Positions 1-15,253 of a stretch of 64,000 nt of DNA are shown here, in pieces; positions within the stretch are counted from its first letter, which is position 1, and every line of letters begins with the position of its first letter. The translations under genes were made by a program, and so were the position numbers. The DNA is from Schmidtea polychroa (Eukaryota). Below the pieces are notes generated by a model. It did not search any database. It saw nothing but the letters and a program-made list of their open reading frames with translations, and was not told the origin of the DNA. The stretch lies in the NCBI GenBank assembly GCA_044892525.1, contig CM097885.1:217496001-217560000 (forward strand), read 5' to 3'.

Positions 1-2413
1 GTAACACTCAACTAGTTACTAACAACCACCATCAAAACCCATCGAAAAATTGACAAATATCAACCTACAACTATGTAATAACAATCAGTTAGCAACATCG
101 TAATTGCTACCAAGTACAAGATACCAACAACTTAGTATCATCTACCAGTAACTTACGAACACGTATTTTCAACTAGATACCGAGTACTTACGACACGATA
201 CCAAACACTATCAGTCAAGTACTTACAACAAGTTACCAAGCACTATCAGCAAAAATACTATCAACCAGATACCAAGTACCAACAATCAACTAACAACACA
301 TAAAAATAATAGCAATTAAATACAAAATATTCTTCATCACATACAATATATTCTTGTCATCATATACAACTAAACTCTATTAATCAGATACCAACTACCA
401 AGTACCAAGTACTAACAACCAACAACTATGTATTAACAAATAGATCTTTAAAAGAAAATACTCTTCACTTGAAAAATTGGATGAAAAATTAATTGAACTC
501 AATGCATCAATAACTTGGTAAAAATTGATTAAATAATTGTAAAAATTTAAATTATTCAAAATAAATATCATAAAAATGTAATTAATGGACAAGAAAGAAT
601 TCTAGTCATTAATAATCCAATAAATAAAAATACTGATCATTCAAGTTAATATGAATCAACTAAGATAATAAATTAATAAGATAATAAGATCTAGTAGATA
701 ATTGATTTAGATTGAATAAATTAATTGAATAAATTAATTGAAATAAATTAATTTTAATTATTTTTTAAAAGTAATACACGTATAGTCAAATCTATTTACT
801 AATTCCTAAAATTATACACAAAATTCAGTATGAATTCATTACAATCATCAATGTCGTCAATCTACACTAAAAATAATTATCATTAAATTCCAAAAGAGAC
901 TGATAACTAATGTTAATATCTAATAAACCAGGAAATTCATTTAAATGTCAATAATTGGTATATCCAAGTAAATTCCCTACTAAAATCGTCTAGAAAGCAT
1001 CAAATTTCCATAAAATATCTCTGTCTTTAAAGATTAGTATTTTATCGATAAATACCCTTAAAAGGCTATATATTTCCCTCAGACTAATAAAATTGCTTAA
1101 AATCCCGTTTAAATGACTATAATTCTAACTTTAATCACCTATTATCACGAATATTTCCCTACAAAACATGTAAAATCATTAACTGTAAACAATTTATAAA
1201 GTCTAATGATAAAAAACAGTTATAATTAAATTTTTGCTCTAAAAATAAATCACTGTACTCGAAATTTAAAATAAATATTGCTATTATTGCTTGAAATTTA
1301 ACTATACAATATAACCGAGTAGTTGCATAGAAAGATTAAATTTATCCATATTTCTTCAAATGATCATTTTTACCGATATTCAACCGATTTAATTACTAAT
1401 TAAAATCACCCGATAGATTTCTCTCAATAAATATCAATTTTCTTTAATCGATGTTTTAAATCAATTTTTCTAAACTTTTGTCATTGTCCATATAAATAAA
1501 GATAAAAATAATTTAAAGTTGATATCAATCCCAATTATCTGTAAAGATTTCATTGTCAAAACCAAGTAAATCGATCATTATCCCTACTTAATAAAACAAT
1601 GTTCTAAACCATAAATCTAAATTAATTTACTGTGCATTCATTACAATCTAATAAAACGATATAATTTCAAATTATTATTGATTCATAACTGACTAATGTA
1701 TTGCAATTTCCCTTAAAACATTGTTTTTTTTACCAACATCATCCTTAAAAAATCATATATTACTACCTTATCCGATCCCTCATTAAATCTAACCGATTAT
1801 ATTTGTCATTAAATTCAATTAAAATTAAATAAATCAAGATAAGAACTTTGATTTAAAACATTGACTAAAGAAAATTGATATTTATTGGGAGAAATCTATC
1901 GGGTAATACCCTTAAGACCAGCACCTTTACGACTAATACCCTTACGAGCAGTACCCTTATGACCAATACCCTTAAAGTGTCAAAAAATCCCGTCGGATAA
2001 ACTCCGAGTATATATAATGAAGTGTATCGACAATAACTATTTATTGAATGCAATTTTTACATTGCAATAATAAGTCAGTAGTAATCAATAAAAAGAATAA
2101 CGTTTTGTAAATTAGAAATCTATAGTCTTTCATTGTAATTTAAATTATCCTCAATTTCGCGTGGTGTTGAGTTGACAATTATTTATTTTTGATGAAATTC
2201 TATCATTTTTGTTAAATTTAGACATTTCGAAAAGGTTTTCTACTGATTGTAATTAAAATTATTATAGAAGCTGTATAAAAAAAATTAATTTAAAAATCAT
2301 TTTTGATAAAATACAATAAAGAATACTTAGTTGGTTGTTAGTACTTGGTTGTTTTTTACTTGGTTGATATTACATGGTACTTGATAGATGGCTGTAAGTA
2401 CTTGGTATATAGT

Positions 2414-2661
2414 NNNNNNNNNNNNNNNNNNNNNNNNNNNNNNNNNNNNNNNNNNNNNNNNNNNNNNNNNNNNNNNNNNNNNNNNNNNNNNNNNNNNNNN
2501 NNNNNNNNNNNNNNNNNNNNNNNNNNNNNNNNNNNNNNNNNNNNNNNNNNNNNNNNNNNNNNNNNNNNNNNNNNNNNNNNNNNNNNNNNNNNNNNNNNNN
2601 NNNNNNNNNNNNNNNNNNNNNNNNNNNNNNNNNNNNNNNNNNNNNNNNNNNNNNNNNNNNN
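2414..2661. other. Assembly gap (N run)
   Basis: Run of N; ORFs spanning it are artefacts. Confidence 0.99.
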
Positions 2662-4160
2662 TTCTATTTAAAATTAGCCTAAAAAATTATACCATAAATA
2701 TTTCTATTAAAATTTAGCTTAAAAAATTATTCCATTAAAATTTCTATTAAAATTTGACTTTAAAAATTATTTCATAAAAATTTCATTTTAAATTTTTATT
2801 TCTCAGAAGCTGTTGGTTATTCAAACTTTTTGTTAATAAATTTTAATTGAAAATTTTGAACCTATAATTTACTAAATTATTCTTAATTTACCTATTTATC
2901 CTTGTATTACTTTATTTAAAATTTTTTTACCATAATTTACTTAACAACAAAATATAATCCTTATTTACATATTTAACCAATAATTTCATGTAGTGAATGA
3001 TTAATTGACAATGATTTGCATCTTAAATTACCATTGAAAAATAATACATAAAGATTTCCATCTAAAATTAACATTGAAAAATATTTCATAAAAATTTTCA
3101 TCTGAAATTAACATTGAAAAATATGTCATAAAAATTTCTATTACAAATTATCTTAAAAAATATTCGTTAAAAATTTTCATTTAAAATTTTCAATTCTCAA
3201 TCACCAACTATTATTCCAACTTTTTGTTAATAAATTTAAATATCTAACTTTAATTTACTTATTAAATTACTTCAATTTACTTATTTATCTTTAATTTAAA
3301 ATTTTTATCCATTGATTACTTAATTTTAAATTTTGAACCTTAATTAACTTTCTTTTAATTTTTTAGAACCTTAATTTAGTTATTTGAGCCCATTCATTAC
3401 TTTAATTTAAAATTTTGAACCTTAATTAACTTTAATTTAAAAATTTGGACCTTTATTAACATATTTGAACCCATTGATTACTTTAATTTAATTTTTTTAG
3501 AACCTTAATTAAATTATTCGAACCCATTGATTACTTTAATTTAATTTTTTAGGATCTTAATTTACTAATTTGAACCGTAATTTACTTTAATTCGAAAATT
3601 TAACCCTTTATTACTTTAATTAAATTTTTAGGCCTATAATTGACTATAATTCAAAAATCTGAACCTTAATTAATTTAATTTAATTTTTTATACCATAATT
3701 TACTTATTTGAACCCATTGATTAATTTAATTTTGTTTTTAGACCAATCATTTACTTTAATTTTAAATTTTAGAACCATAATTTATTTTAATTGAAAAATC
3801 TGAGCCTGTTGATTACTGTAATTCAATTTTTAGACCCATAATTAGCTATAGTTTAAAAATTTACCATGCTTTTTTAATGTAAATTCTCATGACCAAGGAG
3901 ACCCCCTCACTATAGTCTGAATAATCCATGCTTTTTTATTGAAGACCACCTTTTTCTATTGAAATTCTATTGAAAACCCCAAATAATACTTGGTTTGTTA
4001 TTGAAAAAAATTTTTTGTATTGAAAATCCCAGAAAAGAAACATTGGGCAATACGGCATCAATTATGTAATCAAAAAGCCGAAAAATGTCTTACGGCAACA
4101 ATTATGTAATCAAAATTTGCAACATTTTTACCCCCCCCCCCATTGCTGTCGTAGGCTACT
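2662..4160 (+). repeat. AT-rich interspersed repeat arm with ~20-bp subrepeats (foldback-like family)
   Basis: Degenerate units like aattttagaaccttaatttactt and the motif ccaaggagaccccctcactatagtc. An inverted copy lies at ~15525-16520 and a same-orientation copy at ~49780-50700. A GT-rich tract precedes the + copies (2330-2413, 49540-49760) and appears inverted at 1-420. Confidence 0.6.
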
Positions 4161-4581
4161 ATCTACCTACTGACAACGGAGTGCACGACCTTCTTATGGT
4201 TTTGAAAAGGATATCAAGGCAATTCTGGATGACAATGTATTTTAATATAAAAACGACTCTAGTTGATCACGTGCAATGAATTAATTTATAGACCAATTTG
4301 GTTCAGGTTTTATAATGCAACTGTTTACATATTGATTGATTTACTTGAGTATGCTTCCATGACTGCGCTGACAGTGGCTAGCTACTCATCCATGGAAAAT
4401 AAATTCTCAAATCATAGTTCTGAATTTAATCAACCGGAGCTGGAGACAATTTGATTGGTTATTGTTATCCAGTTGATATTATTAATGCAAGCAAATAATA
4501 GCTATGTTCTGTTAGTATGTTGAATATTTCATCAATTATAATGCTTTTGATTTCGTGAGAATTTTTTTATCATAATAAAAA

Positions 4582-7500
4582 ATGACAGAATTAATTCACC
4601 AAAATAAAAATCTAGAAGACGCTTACCAATGTCCATTGTCTGAAGAAGAATCGACAATGTATGATTATTCCGAGCTTATAAATGAGCAAACTAATTTTAA
4701 TTCTGACTGCTATCGGATTCCTTTCACGAATTCCGATTTCAGCGATTTCCCATCTCACCTCAATATGCATAATGCTGAATACATGCATGATTGGAAAATT
4801 TGGAGTCCCTCCTTATCTCTACAAATGGTATCAGGTGACCAGCAAGATCTATTAAAAGTCACTCAACCATTGAATTATGAAAATGACCTCAATCTATTGC
4901 CTCCTCGTCCTCCTCCTTATATATGCAACGAGATGAAAGGGCCAGAAGTTTCCCAATCCTATTATCCATCTATTACGAAAGCAGATCAAGTAATGACAGA
5001 TTATAAATCTTTCTACAATTCTTGTCTGATTAATGGTACATATCAAAAGGAAGATTCGCAATTCGATAGATTCCCATATTCAACAACTACAGGTATGTAA
5101 AAATATTCATTTTATTTACTGTGTCGTCGCTAATTGAATTCTTTTTAATATTAATTAAGAAGATCCAACAAATTATCAAGGTTCCATATTAGGAACTAGT
5201 AGCCATGGGAAAAAATCCAGGAAACCTCGAACTGTATTTACTAATGCTCAAATTGAAAGATTGCAAGTCGTTTATGATGAAAGAAAATATCTTACTTTAT
5301 CAGAAAGAGCTAAACTAGCAGCCTCCCTAGATCTCACTCAAACACAGGTAATTAAAATGTACACCTTAGTCTTTCATTTGACTAAGAAAATCTTAAACAT
5401 ATTATCACGGGGACTTTCATAATATTTCACTTTCTACCTTTCTATCGTGAAAATCAAAGAAATTGTCTAATTTTTTTTTAATTTATACAATCAATTTTGA
5501 CCTCCCTATATTGACAGCGTCAAGAAGAGCCTTTTCAGCAGTAGTTTGGCCATAGGCACACTTTTCATCATATATATGTAATTTGAAAAGAAGTGAAAAT
5601 CAGAAAACATTTTCAATAAATTACATAGTTAATGTTGTTAATAAAATTCTTTACAATTCCAAAAAAAGAAAACGAAATTTCGATGTACACAATTAGCAGT
5701 AGTTATGGTACTAAATCCCTACCGACCTTGTCTAATTCAGGCATGAAATTAAATAAAATTCTTGAAGGAATATTTTTATTACAATCATAAAAAATGTTGA
5801 TGAAAAAAAATTTTATAAGAGTATTCTTTAAAGACATTAAAGAGCGCCTGCCTTTCTTTTTTTATTAAAAACGCTTTGACATTAAGGAAATGACTCTTCA
5901 TAATAAGCATGTTTTTTATGATTCTAATTTAATGTTTAATTCCCCGCCCCTATCTCGCATTTTTAATAAGAAATTGCCAATAATTTCCTATATAAATTAA
6001 CAAATGAAAACTTTTAACTGTTATTATCAAAAAAATAATAACAATATAAAAAATATAGAAATTAAATCGAAACAAAATAATTTTAATTTTTTACAAATTT
6101 CAGTTTGTCAGAAAATAGGATAACTTTTGAAATTAATCTTTCAATTAACCTATAAATAACTTGTCAATAGCGGGATTATTAATAAAATTATAATTCCAAT
6201 AAATAGATAGGTAAGCTATTTCCGTAGTGTTTATTAAATGAAATATTTCGACATAAAATTTTCACACCAATACAAAATTTAACTAATATTTCTCTCTCTT
6301 ACTTCTTTAATTGAATAATTTTTCTCCTTTTGTTGTTTTCATTCGTTTTTTAAATATTAATTATTTTAGTATATGTATGGAAAATTCAAAAGCTCTGTAA
6401 GAAATAGGTGGTCTAGGTAAACTTGAAAATGTTTCTTTAGACAGCGCGAGTACTTCACTTTAAAAAAACTAGAAAATAATTTTGATATTAACTTTTAGAT
6501 GGCCAATTTTCTATGCAGAAGTTATATACCCAGGGCCCGAGCATTATTGTAGTACAAATATAATTAACAATGTCGTTTAAAAATCATCACACCTCAAAAT
6601 CTGTAAGAACGGAATCTTGTGATCTAATAAATATTGAAATACGGAATCGACGGTCCTTTAGGTCTGGATTTCGAAATGTTTAATTTATCTAATTTAAATT
6701 AGTCTTTTTAAACCGAATCCTCGTATTTTAGTTATTCAAAATTATGTATTACTCAAAGGTTTTATTATTTCTTAACACTAGATCCATTTAAAACAACTAA
6801 TATTTAGGTAAAAATATGGTTTCAAAATCGAAGATCAAAAGAGAAAAAATCACAAAAGAGTTCTGAAAATTCAGAAGGTGATAAAAATGATGATATTGAT
6901 TCAATTTCCCTACAGGTAAATTAATTTAATTATATTATTAAAATATTAGAATTAATCCGAATTTTTGGTAAGAGTCTTTCTAGAGAAGATAAGTGACTCC
7001 CACTTGAAAAAAAATATGTATTATTAATTATAGAATTAATAAAATTTTATATTTGGCTATCTTTCATCCAAACTTATAAATTTAATTACTGAAATATAAA
7101 TATAAAATAAAATGAGAGTGAATAAATTCTTTTAATTTTATTTTCGATCATTCTTATGTTGTCTCTTGGAAAGAACGAGTGTTATTTGGGAAATATGTGA
7201 ATTAAATGCTATCGTTTTGAGTAATATCAAACCATTAATATCTTAGAAACGCTATTTGATTACTTAGGAAAGATGAAAAATATCCAAAATATTTGTATCT
7301 TGCTTTTTTATATATTAAATCAACCCTCCACCTCGAAATTGATCAAACCGACCAAGAGTGTTCTTAAAATTAATGAACCTTAAACTTTATAAATTCAATA
7401 GAATGAATGTATTCAATTTTCAATCCTTGACATGTCAATTTTTTTCAGATTTCTGGAAAACATGTTTTACAGTTATATATTATGCGATTATTTGGTAAAG

Positions 7501-10500
7501 CTCTGTTTAAATGAATTCTAGTATTTAAAAATATTTATGAAATGTTATCAGAAAGTTACCAAGGAATCGTAGAAAACAAATATCATTAAGCTTGATTAAA
7601 AAAAGGTTTTATGGGTTAGAAATTTAACCTTTCATGCGTATAAATCCCCATGGTAACCAGATTTCAGTGAATGGTACTTTATTCCTATCAATCATAGACT
7701 ATTTATATAAAAAACAAGAAAATTGGATTAAATATTGTAAAGTGAATATTAATTGTACATAAAATTATTGATATATAATCCTAAATTATATTGTAAATTA
7801 AATTCATTTGAAGTAGACTAGTTGTAATTATAATTTATGAATAACTGAATCAATATATTATAATATATGATTTTTATAAAAAAAATATTTGAATTTTTTG
7901 ATGCTAAAATATTATATAATTTATCTTTAATTATTTTATTACTTACATGTAATTTTTTTAATACCAGTATATTTAAATATTTTTTCTTTAATATTATACG
8001 AAAAATTCTTATAAAAATATTATTATTTCTTGAAAAAAATTAAACTTTGAGTTCTAATGAAAATAATTTCATAACTCTCCCCATTAACAAAATACTAGTT
8101 AGACCAGTGAAATAAACTATTTTTTTCTTATTAGCTGCGCAGTGAAGAATTTTTAAAGGACAATGTAAGCAGCTATATAGTGCACCAAGGGTTACAGAGA
8201 TACTTATGTGAATGCGCGTGACGTATTTGCTATATCAATGCTGACGTATATGTGTACAAAAGAAGAAACATCATCTTTTTTTAAACTTAACTTTCGCAAA
8301 TTTGAATCAATTTTCGAACATTACAAAATAATTTATAAATGTTATAAATTTATGAAATTTATAAGGTATTTTTTTATTTTCTTCAATATATCCTTTATTT
8401 TCCCAAAAGATATGGTCACCGTAACTATACTCTATTTAAAAAATTTTAAAGTTAATTATTATAAACTATTAATAAAAATTACTTTTACATATCTATATTA
8501 CTTATGAAAATATTTTGTTTTCATATATAAGAATTTTTACACGAAAAAAAAATTATAAATATTGAACCTGAAACCTTTTCAGACCGGATAGGTTTAGGTT
8601 TAGGATTCACAATTCTATTCAAATGGCTTGAAATCCTTATAGTCATTTTTAATGAAACTTCTAAGTTATTTCTATTTTTCTCCAACTTTATTTCCGTTTG
8701 TACAAATTCTTAATCAACGCCAAGTTAAGTCAACAAAATTTTACCTTTTTTACAGAATAACGATGTAGTTTAAAGTTTTCGTGTAAAAATTTCTTATATA
8801 TGAAAATAAAATATTTTCATAAGTAATATAGATATGTAAAAGGTAATTTTTATGAATAGTTATTGATAATTAACTTTAAAATTTGTAATTATTCTAATTA
8901 TTCAATTTAATTAAAATATAAAAATAAAATAGTATTCTTTGACTATAAATAATCAAAAAAAGAAGGCAAAGTTTTAATAATCGAAAATAGATAACTAAGT
9001 ATATAAAAATATGACATTGCAATATATTTCGACAGTTTAAAAGTTTTCTTCGGGCTAGGAATCGTAATAATAACAACTAAATAAAAAAAGAATATTCAAA
9101 CAAATTAACAAATAATAATCGTAATTAAAACTAAAAATAACTAATCAAACTAAAAAATATTTTAATCAAATTTTTCTTCTTTTTGAAAATAAAAACATTT
9201 TTTTAATCATATAAAAATTATTTTAATTTTAAAAAACGCACAAAATTGTTAACATTCTAAATAACATTTAAATACATGCAAAAAATGTTTTTTATTTTCA
9301 AAAAGAAGAAAAATTTGATTAAAATATTTTTTAGTTTGATACAATTTGATTACGATTATTATTTGTTAATTAGTTTGAATATTTTTATTTTCATTTAGTT
9401 GTTATTAATACGATTTCTAGCCTAAAGAAGGCTGTTAAACAGTCGAAATATATAGCAGTGTTATATTTTATCAGGTCAGTCCATAAGTTCGTGTGTATTA
9501 ATAGCATTCACGGAATTTACTATGACTCATTTACTAAACTAATACAATTTTGAACCTGTCGAAACTCGTCATTGTTTGACTAACACATTATTTAGTTCAT
9601 TACCAACTTTCGTAAATATCGAACACATTTTAGTACCCATAAAAGATGAATATAGATAATCAGTACAAACGTACTGTGCTACATTTTTTATGTTCGTGTG
9701 GTAAATCTGCCAGGTCTGAAGTGATAAAAATTAATAGTGTACATGGTGAACACACTATTAGTGTAAGGACTGCCCAGAAATGGTTTAAAAAATTTAAAGT
9801 TGGGAAAAGCAGCATTAATGATGAATTCATTTCGTCCTTTTGTCATTTAAATAAGATTGGGAACGTATCCAAGCTTGGAATTGGGTACCACATGAGCTAT
9901 CCGAAGCTAATTGCCAATAAGGAATAAATATCTGCACTTCCCTTTTATAGTGCTTCGAAAGAGAGCCATTTTTAGATCATTTGGTAACAGGTGACGGAAA
10001 ATGGATTATTTATCATAACTTCACAAGAAAAAGAACGTAGGCAGATTGAGATAAGCATCCGATTCCAACAACAAATATGTATTTACATCCCAAAAAGATT
10101 CTTTTGAGTGTTTGGTAGAATATGTGTGGTGATAATATACAGTAACTACTCTCTTATCCGCCATTTTCTGGAATCCGCCAATTTATTTTTGTAAAAATGG
10201 ATATAAATAAGTGTAATTTTGTTTAATAATATATTTTATTAATTATTTTTGTTTATAATTTTTGTATTAAATATGACTTTGGATAACTGGATAATAAAGA
10301 ATGAATATTTTACTAGATTTTTTAATAAATTTTATTATTTTTTACTCTAAAAGCCGTCATTTTTTAGAAACCGCCACCTTTTTCATAGTCCCCTTTTTGG
10401 CGGATTAGAGAGTAGCTACTGTACTTAGTTGGTGATTTCCAATTATTTCTTGACTATGTTTTTTTATTTGTTCTCATTTTGAGTCTTGGATTGAGGTTGG

Positions 10501-11002
10501 AACAATAAACTCACTTTTAAATGAGATATAAAATATAATATGAGCTATAAAATAATTAAATAAACTCTTGTTTTAAAGTCATTCGTTGTATAAAGTAAAA
10601 TCATGAAATAGTAAATAATGTCTCGGGCTTAAACTTAAATGTAATGTTTCATATTAATTTCATATATTTTTTAAGGGAACAAATCAAATGATTAAAGACA
10701 AAATGGAACCAAGTGAAATGCCTCAAACTCAAAGTAAAAAAATAATCTCTCCAAATGTCATGTCCGCACAATCTATTAATAATTATAATATGAATGATTC
10801 AAGTGTTTATACACCGACATTCTATGCTCAGTCAATGAACAATTCCTATCATAATCCCACCTCCAACGAAAAATTCGAAACTTTTCCTCAGAATGAACCA
10901 TTGATTATTTACCAAGACCCCTTACCCACCCATAGAATTGTTCCCAACACTGAAGGTTTTCAAGATTCTTTCCCAGTTAACATGATAGAAAAGTGTAACT
11001 GA
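4582..11002 (+). CDS. Dlx: Distal-less/Dlx-like homeobox gene, 4 exons: 4582-5092, 5163-5347, 6808-6915, 10676-11002
   Basis: Spliced translation gives KSRKPRTVFTNAQIERLQVVYDERKYLTLSERAKLAASLDLTQTQ|VKIWFQNRRSK, with the intron at the conserved TQTQ/VKIWF position. All junctions are GT-AG with compatible phases (1,0,0). The last exon joins ORF 10688-11002. Confidence 0.75.
8442..8883. mobile_element. Palindromic (hairpin) MITE-like element in Dlx intron 3
   Basis: ~105-bp inverted arms (~8442-8546 vs ~8776-8883). Confidence 0.6.
9004..9470. mobile_element. Palindromic (foldback) element in Dlx intron 3
   Basis: ~200-bp imperfect inverted arms (~9004-9205 vs ~9270-9470). Confidence 0.65.
9471..10137 (+). 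mobile_element. Degenerate, truncated mariner transposon
   Basis: TA followed by a mariner-like end (tcaggtcagtccataagttcgtg). ORF 9646-9927 has a mariner HTH (ISVRTAQKWFKKF). Downstream frames give FLDHLVTGDGKWIIYHN and LHPKKILLSVW, interrupted by stops and frameshifts. Confidence 0.8.
10140..10421. mobile_element. Tc1/mariner-superfamily (pogo/Tigger-like) MITE
   Basis: TIRs CAGTAACTACTCTCTTATCCGCC / GGCGGATTAGAGAGTAGCTACTG, flanked by TA on both sides. Confidence 0.75.
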
Positions 11003-11772
11003 CATTATATATTTAAAATTAACATTTATGGTTGAATTTTATGTTGAATTAATATACTACTATGAATTTTTAAATTATGAAAATACAATTGCTGTGATTT
11101 TTAAAACTTTATGTTGATTTTTAATTACATAAAATATCAAATATTGTACAAATCCTTTCGCGTAGTGTTCACTGTATAGAATGTATCAGTCATGCTTTGA
11201 AAAAAATGAAATGCAACTGAAATAAATCACAAATATACAGCATTTCAATATTCAATCTGCTAAAAGCAAACGAATGTGTATACCGCAGGATATATGCACG
11301 TATAATTTTTAGGGACATACAGTAAGGACCACGGAAAATGGAAATACATCCGGTTCTCTCCCCATTCTTCTCTAAACACAAACGATAGCGCAATTTTAAT
11401 TTTTAATTGTGCTTTGGTGTATTTACTATTTAACTACAAATTATGTCACATGTATATGACGTACTTTAATTGTTAAGACCCCTTCTTTGTGCTTCTATTA
11501 TCTATTATCTATTAACATCTATTAGTTAGACATCTATTACCTTATTAGTCTAAATTTTGAATCTATGAAAGTGATAATATGAGAAATACAGACAATTTAC
11601 TTACATTTTAAAATTATTTTTCAAACGATTTTATCTGGTAAATCTACATTTTTACTAAATTTTGAATTCAGGAAGTTGGGGCCTATGTATTTTACGAATA
11701 TGTGTGTGTCTGTGACTTAATTAATTATTTATTAAATTAATGTTTATTTATGAAAACTATATATTAAGAACC

Positions 11773-12016
11773 TTTTTCAATTTTCACCACTGATTTCTTT
11801 TCAATTGATAATGTATTTATTAAAAACTTGACTATGAATCAGTAAAGATGTCGATATTTTTTTTTATATTCATAAATTTTAGGCACTACCTTTTCAAGTG
11901 ATTTTGTAAAAATATTCGTTAGTATCAAAATAAACATCGATATTTTTACTGATTAGTCACTATTTTAATAAATACATTGTCAATTGAAAAGAAATCAGTG
12001 GTGAAAATTGAAAAAA
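11773..12016. mobile_element. Hairpin MITE; one arm repeated at ~13445-13565
   Basis: Inverted arms ttttcaattttcaccactgatttcttttcaattg...caattgaaaagaaatcagtggtgaaaattgaaaa. Confidence 0.65.
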
Positions 12017-14899
12017 ACTAATTTATATTATATATAATACAAATTACTTTATTTAACCTATAATTTAAATATAGTAATTATCTTATTCTATAACTTATTT
12101 ATAGTATTTATTAATTTATTTTATAATTTAACCCCTTATGACTACTAATATTTTTGGTAACCCAACTCCAACAAAACAACTGTTCATTTTTCAAACTTTC
12201 TAAAGTTAGCAATCCCAGTGACGGTGTCTGCCATTAATTTGTTTGATTTTGTAATTCATTTTCCAAATGGAACCTAGTCCTTCATATAGAATTTTAATAT
12301 TGAGAACGTGAAACTTTTTACACTTGATTGACAATTTATTATAGAATGCAATGTCTATGTTTACGTTGTTATAGCAGTTAATTTGTTGATTAAATGGTTA
12401 AAATGACTAGTTATGATTTATTTCATAAATTTTCATTTCTTTCATAAGTTAAAATGCTATATTTTATGTACTAAAACGGATTAATTTAATTAAACATTCA
12501 TTAAATATGCCAATATATAATAATAAAAGTCAAATCACCTTTGGTGCGTCGACGACCAAGAGACATTTTAAATTTAATAGACAAAATCTTTCTAGAAATT
12601 TTAAAAGATTTGTACATAAATAAAGTTTAGTGGACAGAGTATAATAGTGTCAGTCAACACTTCAAGGTATCAGAGTAGCTGAAAGCCATTAACGAGCCAA
12701 AATTTTTCAATGCATTTTTAAGACTCAAGCTTATTTTAAAAATTTTTACCAATTAATAAATATATTAATTTAATAATTAAATTGAAAATATATTATTAAA
12801 TTAAATATATTAAAATACATTGTTTTAATATTCATACATATATTTCGAACACCTCCATCTTTTTAATTCAAAAAATGTGCTCAAAACTCTGGAATTGCAA
12901 CAATTTGTGGAAAGTCTGGTATGTATTTCTCATCAGTATATTGTATAGTATGATTTGTTTTCTTTTCTGTGTCGATGGTTAAATATGTAGTATCTGAACA
13001 ATAAATGTTTTTGTTTTCTTTTCTGTTATCGTGAAGAATTTATCTTTGGAACATTTCTTTTCATTTTAATAAATTAATTAGGTTCCAAGATACTCTGGCG
13101 GGCTATATTGTTATTTTACACAATATTTGTATTTCATATTTAGTAAAACACAGTGCAAAATAGTAATTGCATTTAATAAATTTCACAGCTCTTTTATTTG
13201 CACATTTTAACTTTAGAAACTTCTTTGTGTATTTATTTTTCATCTCTACGGCTTTTATTGTCCCCTAACTTATTTCCGACATATCCAATTGAGTCCTCCA
13301 ATCAATTTTGATATTCCGCTTTTTCAATTACAAAAGATGAACTAGAATTTAATTTTACTAAATTAATTAATATAATAAAAAATATCTACAATAAATATTA
13401 ATAATCTCCTATCATTACAAACAAAATCACAAAATTCACTTGAAAAATATTCGTGAATATCATAAACATCGATATCTCTACTGATTCATAGTGAAGCTTT
13501 TTAATAAATACAATGTCAATGGAAAAGAAATCAGTGGTGAAATTTGAAAAAAATAGTTCTTATAAAAATCATATGTGATAATATTTATTTTATTTAATTC
13601 CCGATTTAAACAACACAATGAATAAATTGTGAATTCATCTTAATATGAAACATAATAGTTTATACAGATTAAAATAAGATTGACAAATCTAATTTCGTTC
13701 ACAAAACACGCAAATATTTTCAGAAAAGACAGAAAATTGTAGTTACGGTTATACAATGTCCTTTTTTACTAATACAACCATTACATTTTTTTATCTAATT
13801 AGTGTATATGAAACTTCGAGAACCTTTAGCAAGTGTTCTAGAAAACCTAGCCAACCGTATAAAATTCACCGTTACTAAAATGTTAAACTAACTGTTTGAT
13901 GTGAAAATAAATCACCAACAATTATAATATTGATTTGTAGTTAATTCAAGCAATCAATTTAATTTATCTATTTAACATTAATTATTTTTAAATTGCAATT
14001 TTTAAAAAGCATTATTACAAAACATCGATGCGACTACAAATTTTAGGCCATTAAGAAAAATGTATATGCCATCCTCACCAGCTGAACATTTTGAACAAAT
14101 AAAATACATCACGAAATGATTTGAACAAGTTTAAATAAATATAAAGAGTCTGTTTGTATAAGAAAAATAATAATTTAAACGAATATTTTTTATTTTTAAA
14201 TCAAAAAAATATTACATTTAATATTAATAAAATGTTTTTAGTATTTTTTTCAATTTAATGAGAATAAGATCCAAAACATTGCTTGCTTTTGCTACTTAAT
14301 TGTCACACCGCTGCTGAATAAATGCTTGATATCTTAACATGTGTTCAACAGATTATGTAAACATTGTACTCGAATATAAGATAATTAGTATTTTTAAATA
14401 CATTTAAACAAATGTTTTAATTTTGCTTTTTTTTTCGTTAGGTTATAATGAGCTAAACATTCATTATAAATGTTTTTCAGATATATTTTTTCTTTATACA
14501 TATTAATGTTATTATTAATTTTTAAAATTATTTTCCTAGAATAACAGCATATTTTTTTAATATGACTATTTTCATTTATATTTAGAGTATCTGAATGCTT
14601 TTGTCACAGCAAGTCTGTTTGTACGCAAACGATGATGCTATACGGCAGCAGCTGGCTGAATAGATCCAACCTTATAATTATCGCAGCCTATTTTATGTAA
14701 GGCGCATTCTTTTAATATGAAAACACAGCTCGTAAAAATTGCATCTTTGTTTTATTTTATTAAATAATGACAGAAAATTTTAGCTTAATTTTTAATAACC
14801 ATATTTTTTAATCGATATAAAAAGGGTTATTTAAACTAAATTGTTTTTTAATTTCAATTTTATTTTCAATAAAAATTCAAGTTAAAAAATACCGAAAAT

Positions 14900-15253
14900 G
14901 TGACTGAAGAAATGTTAAAACCAGACATAGTAGTCCGAATGAAAGAACATATCATGATTATAGACATAAAATGCCCATTCGACGACGCAACAACAATAGA
15001 GGCATCAAGAACAAAGAACCAGAACAAATACAGGAAGCTTGCACAAGACATAAATGAAGCAACAAATACATACACAACAGTTGAAACATTCGTAGTATGC
15101 TCCCTAGGAACATGGGACAAAAGAAACGGTGACATATTCAGAAAACTCGGAATTAAATATGAAGAGTATGAGCCAGTGAAGACCAAAATGATCGAGAGAG
15201 TGATAAAGGGCTCCAGAAAGACATATGAGAACCACAGAGGATTCTTCCAATAA
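14900..15253 (+). mobile_element. 5'-truncated RLE-type non-LTR retrotransposon (NeSL/Utopia/R2-like endonuclease C-terminus)
   Basis: LKPDIVV...IIDIKCPF...KY...FVVCSLGTW matches the PD-(D/E)xK restriction-like endonuclease at the C-terminus of RLE-clade LINEs. No RT upstream. Confidence 0.7.

Noticed and set aside
1905-1979. 15-bp x5 minisatellite read as a pentapeptide-repeat gene
   Set aside because: No surrounding gene structure; both strands give short low-complexity ORFs.
2345-2717. ORFs spanning N runs (also 48275-48580)
   Set aside because: Artefacts of assembly gaps.
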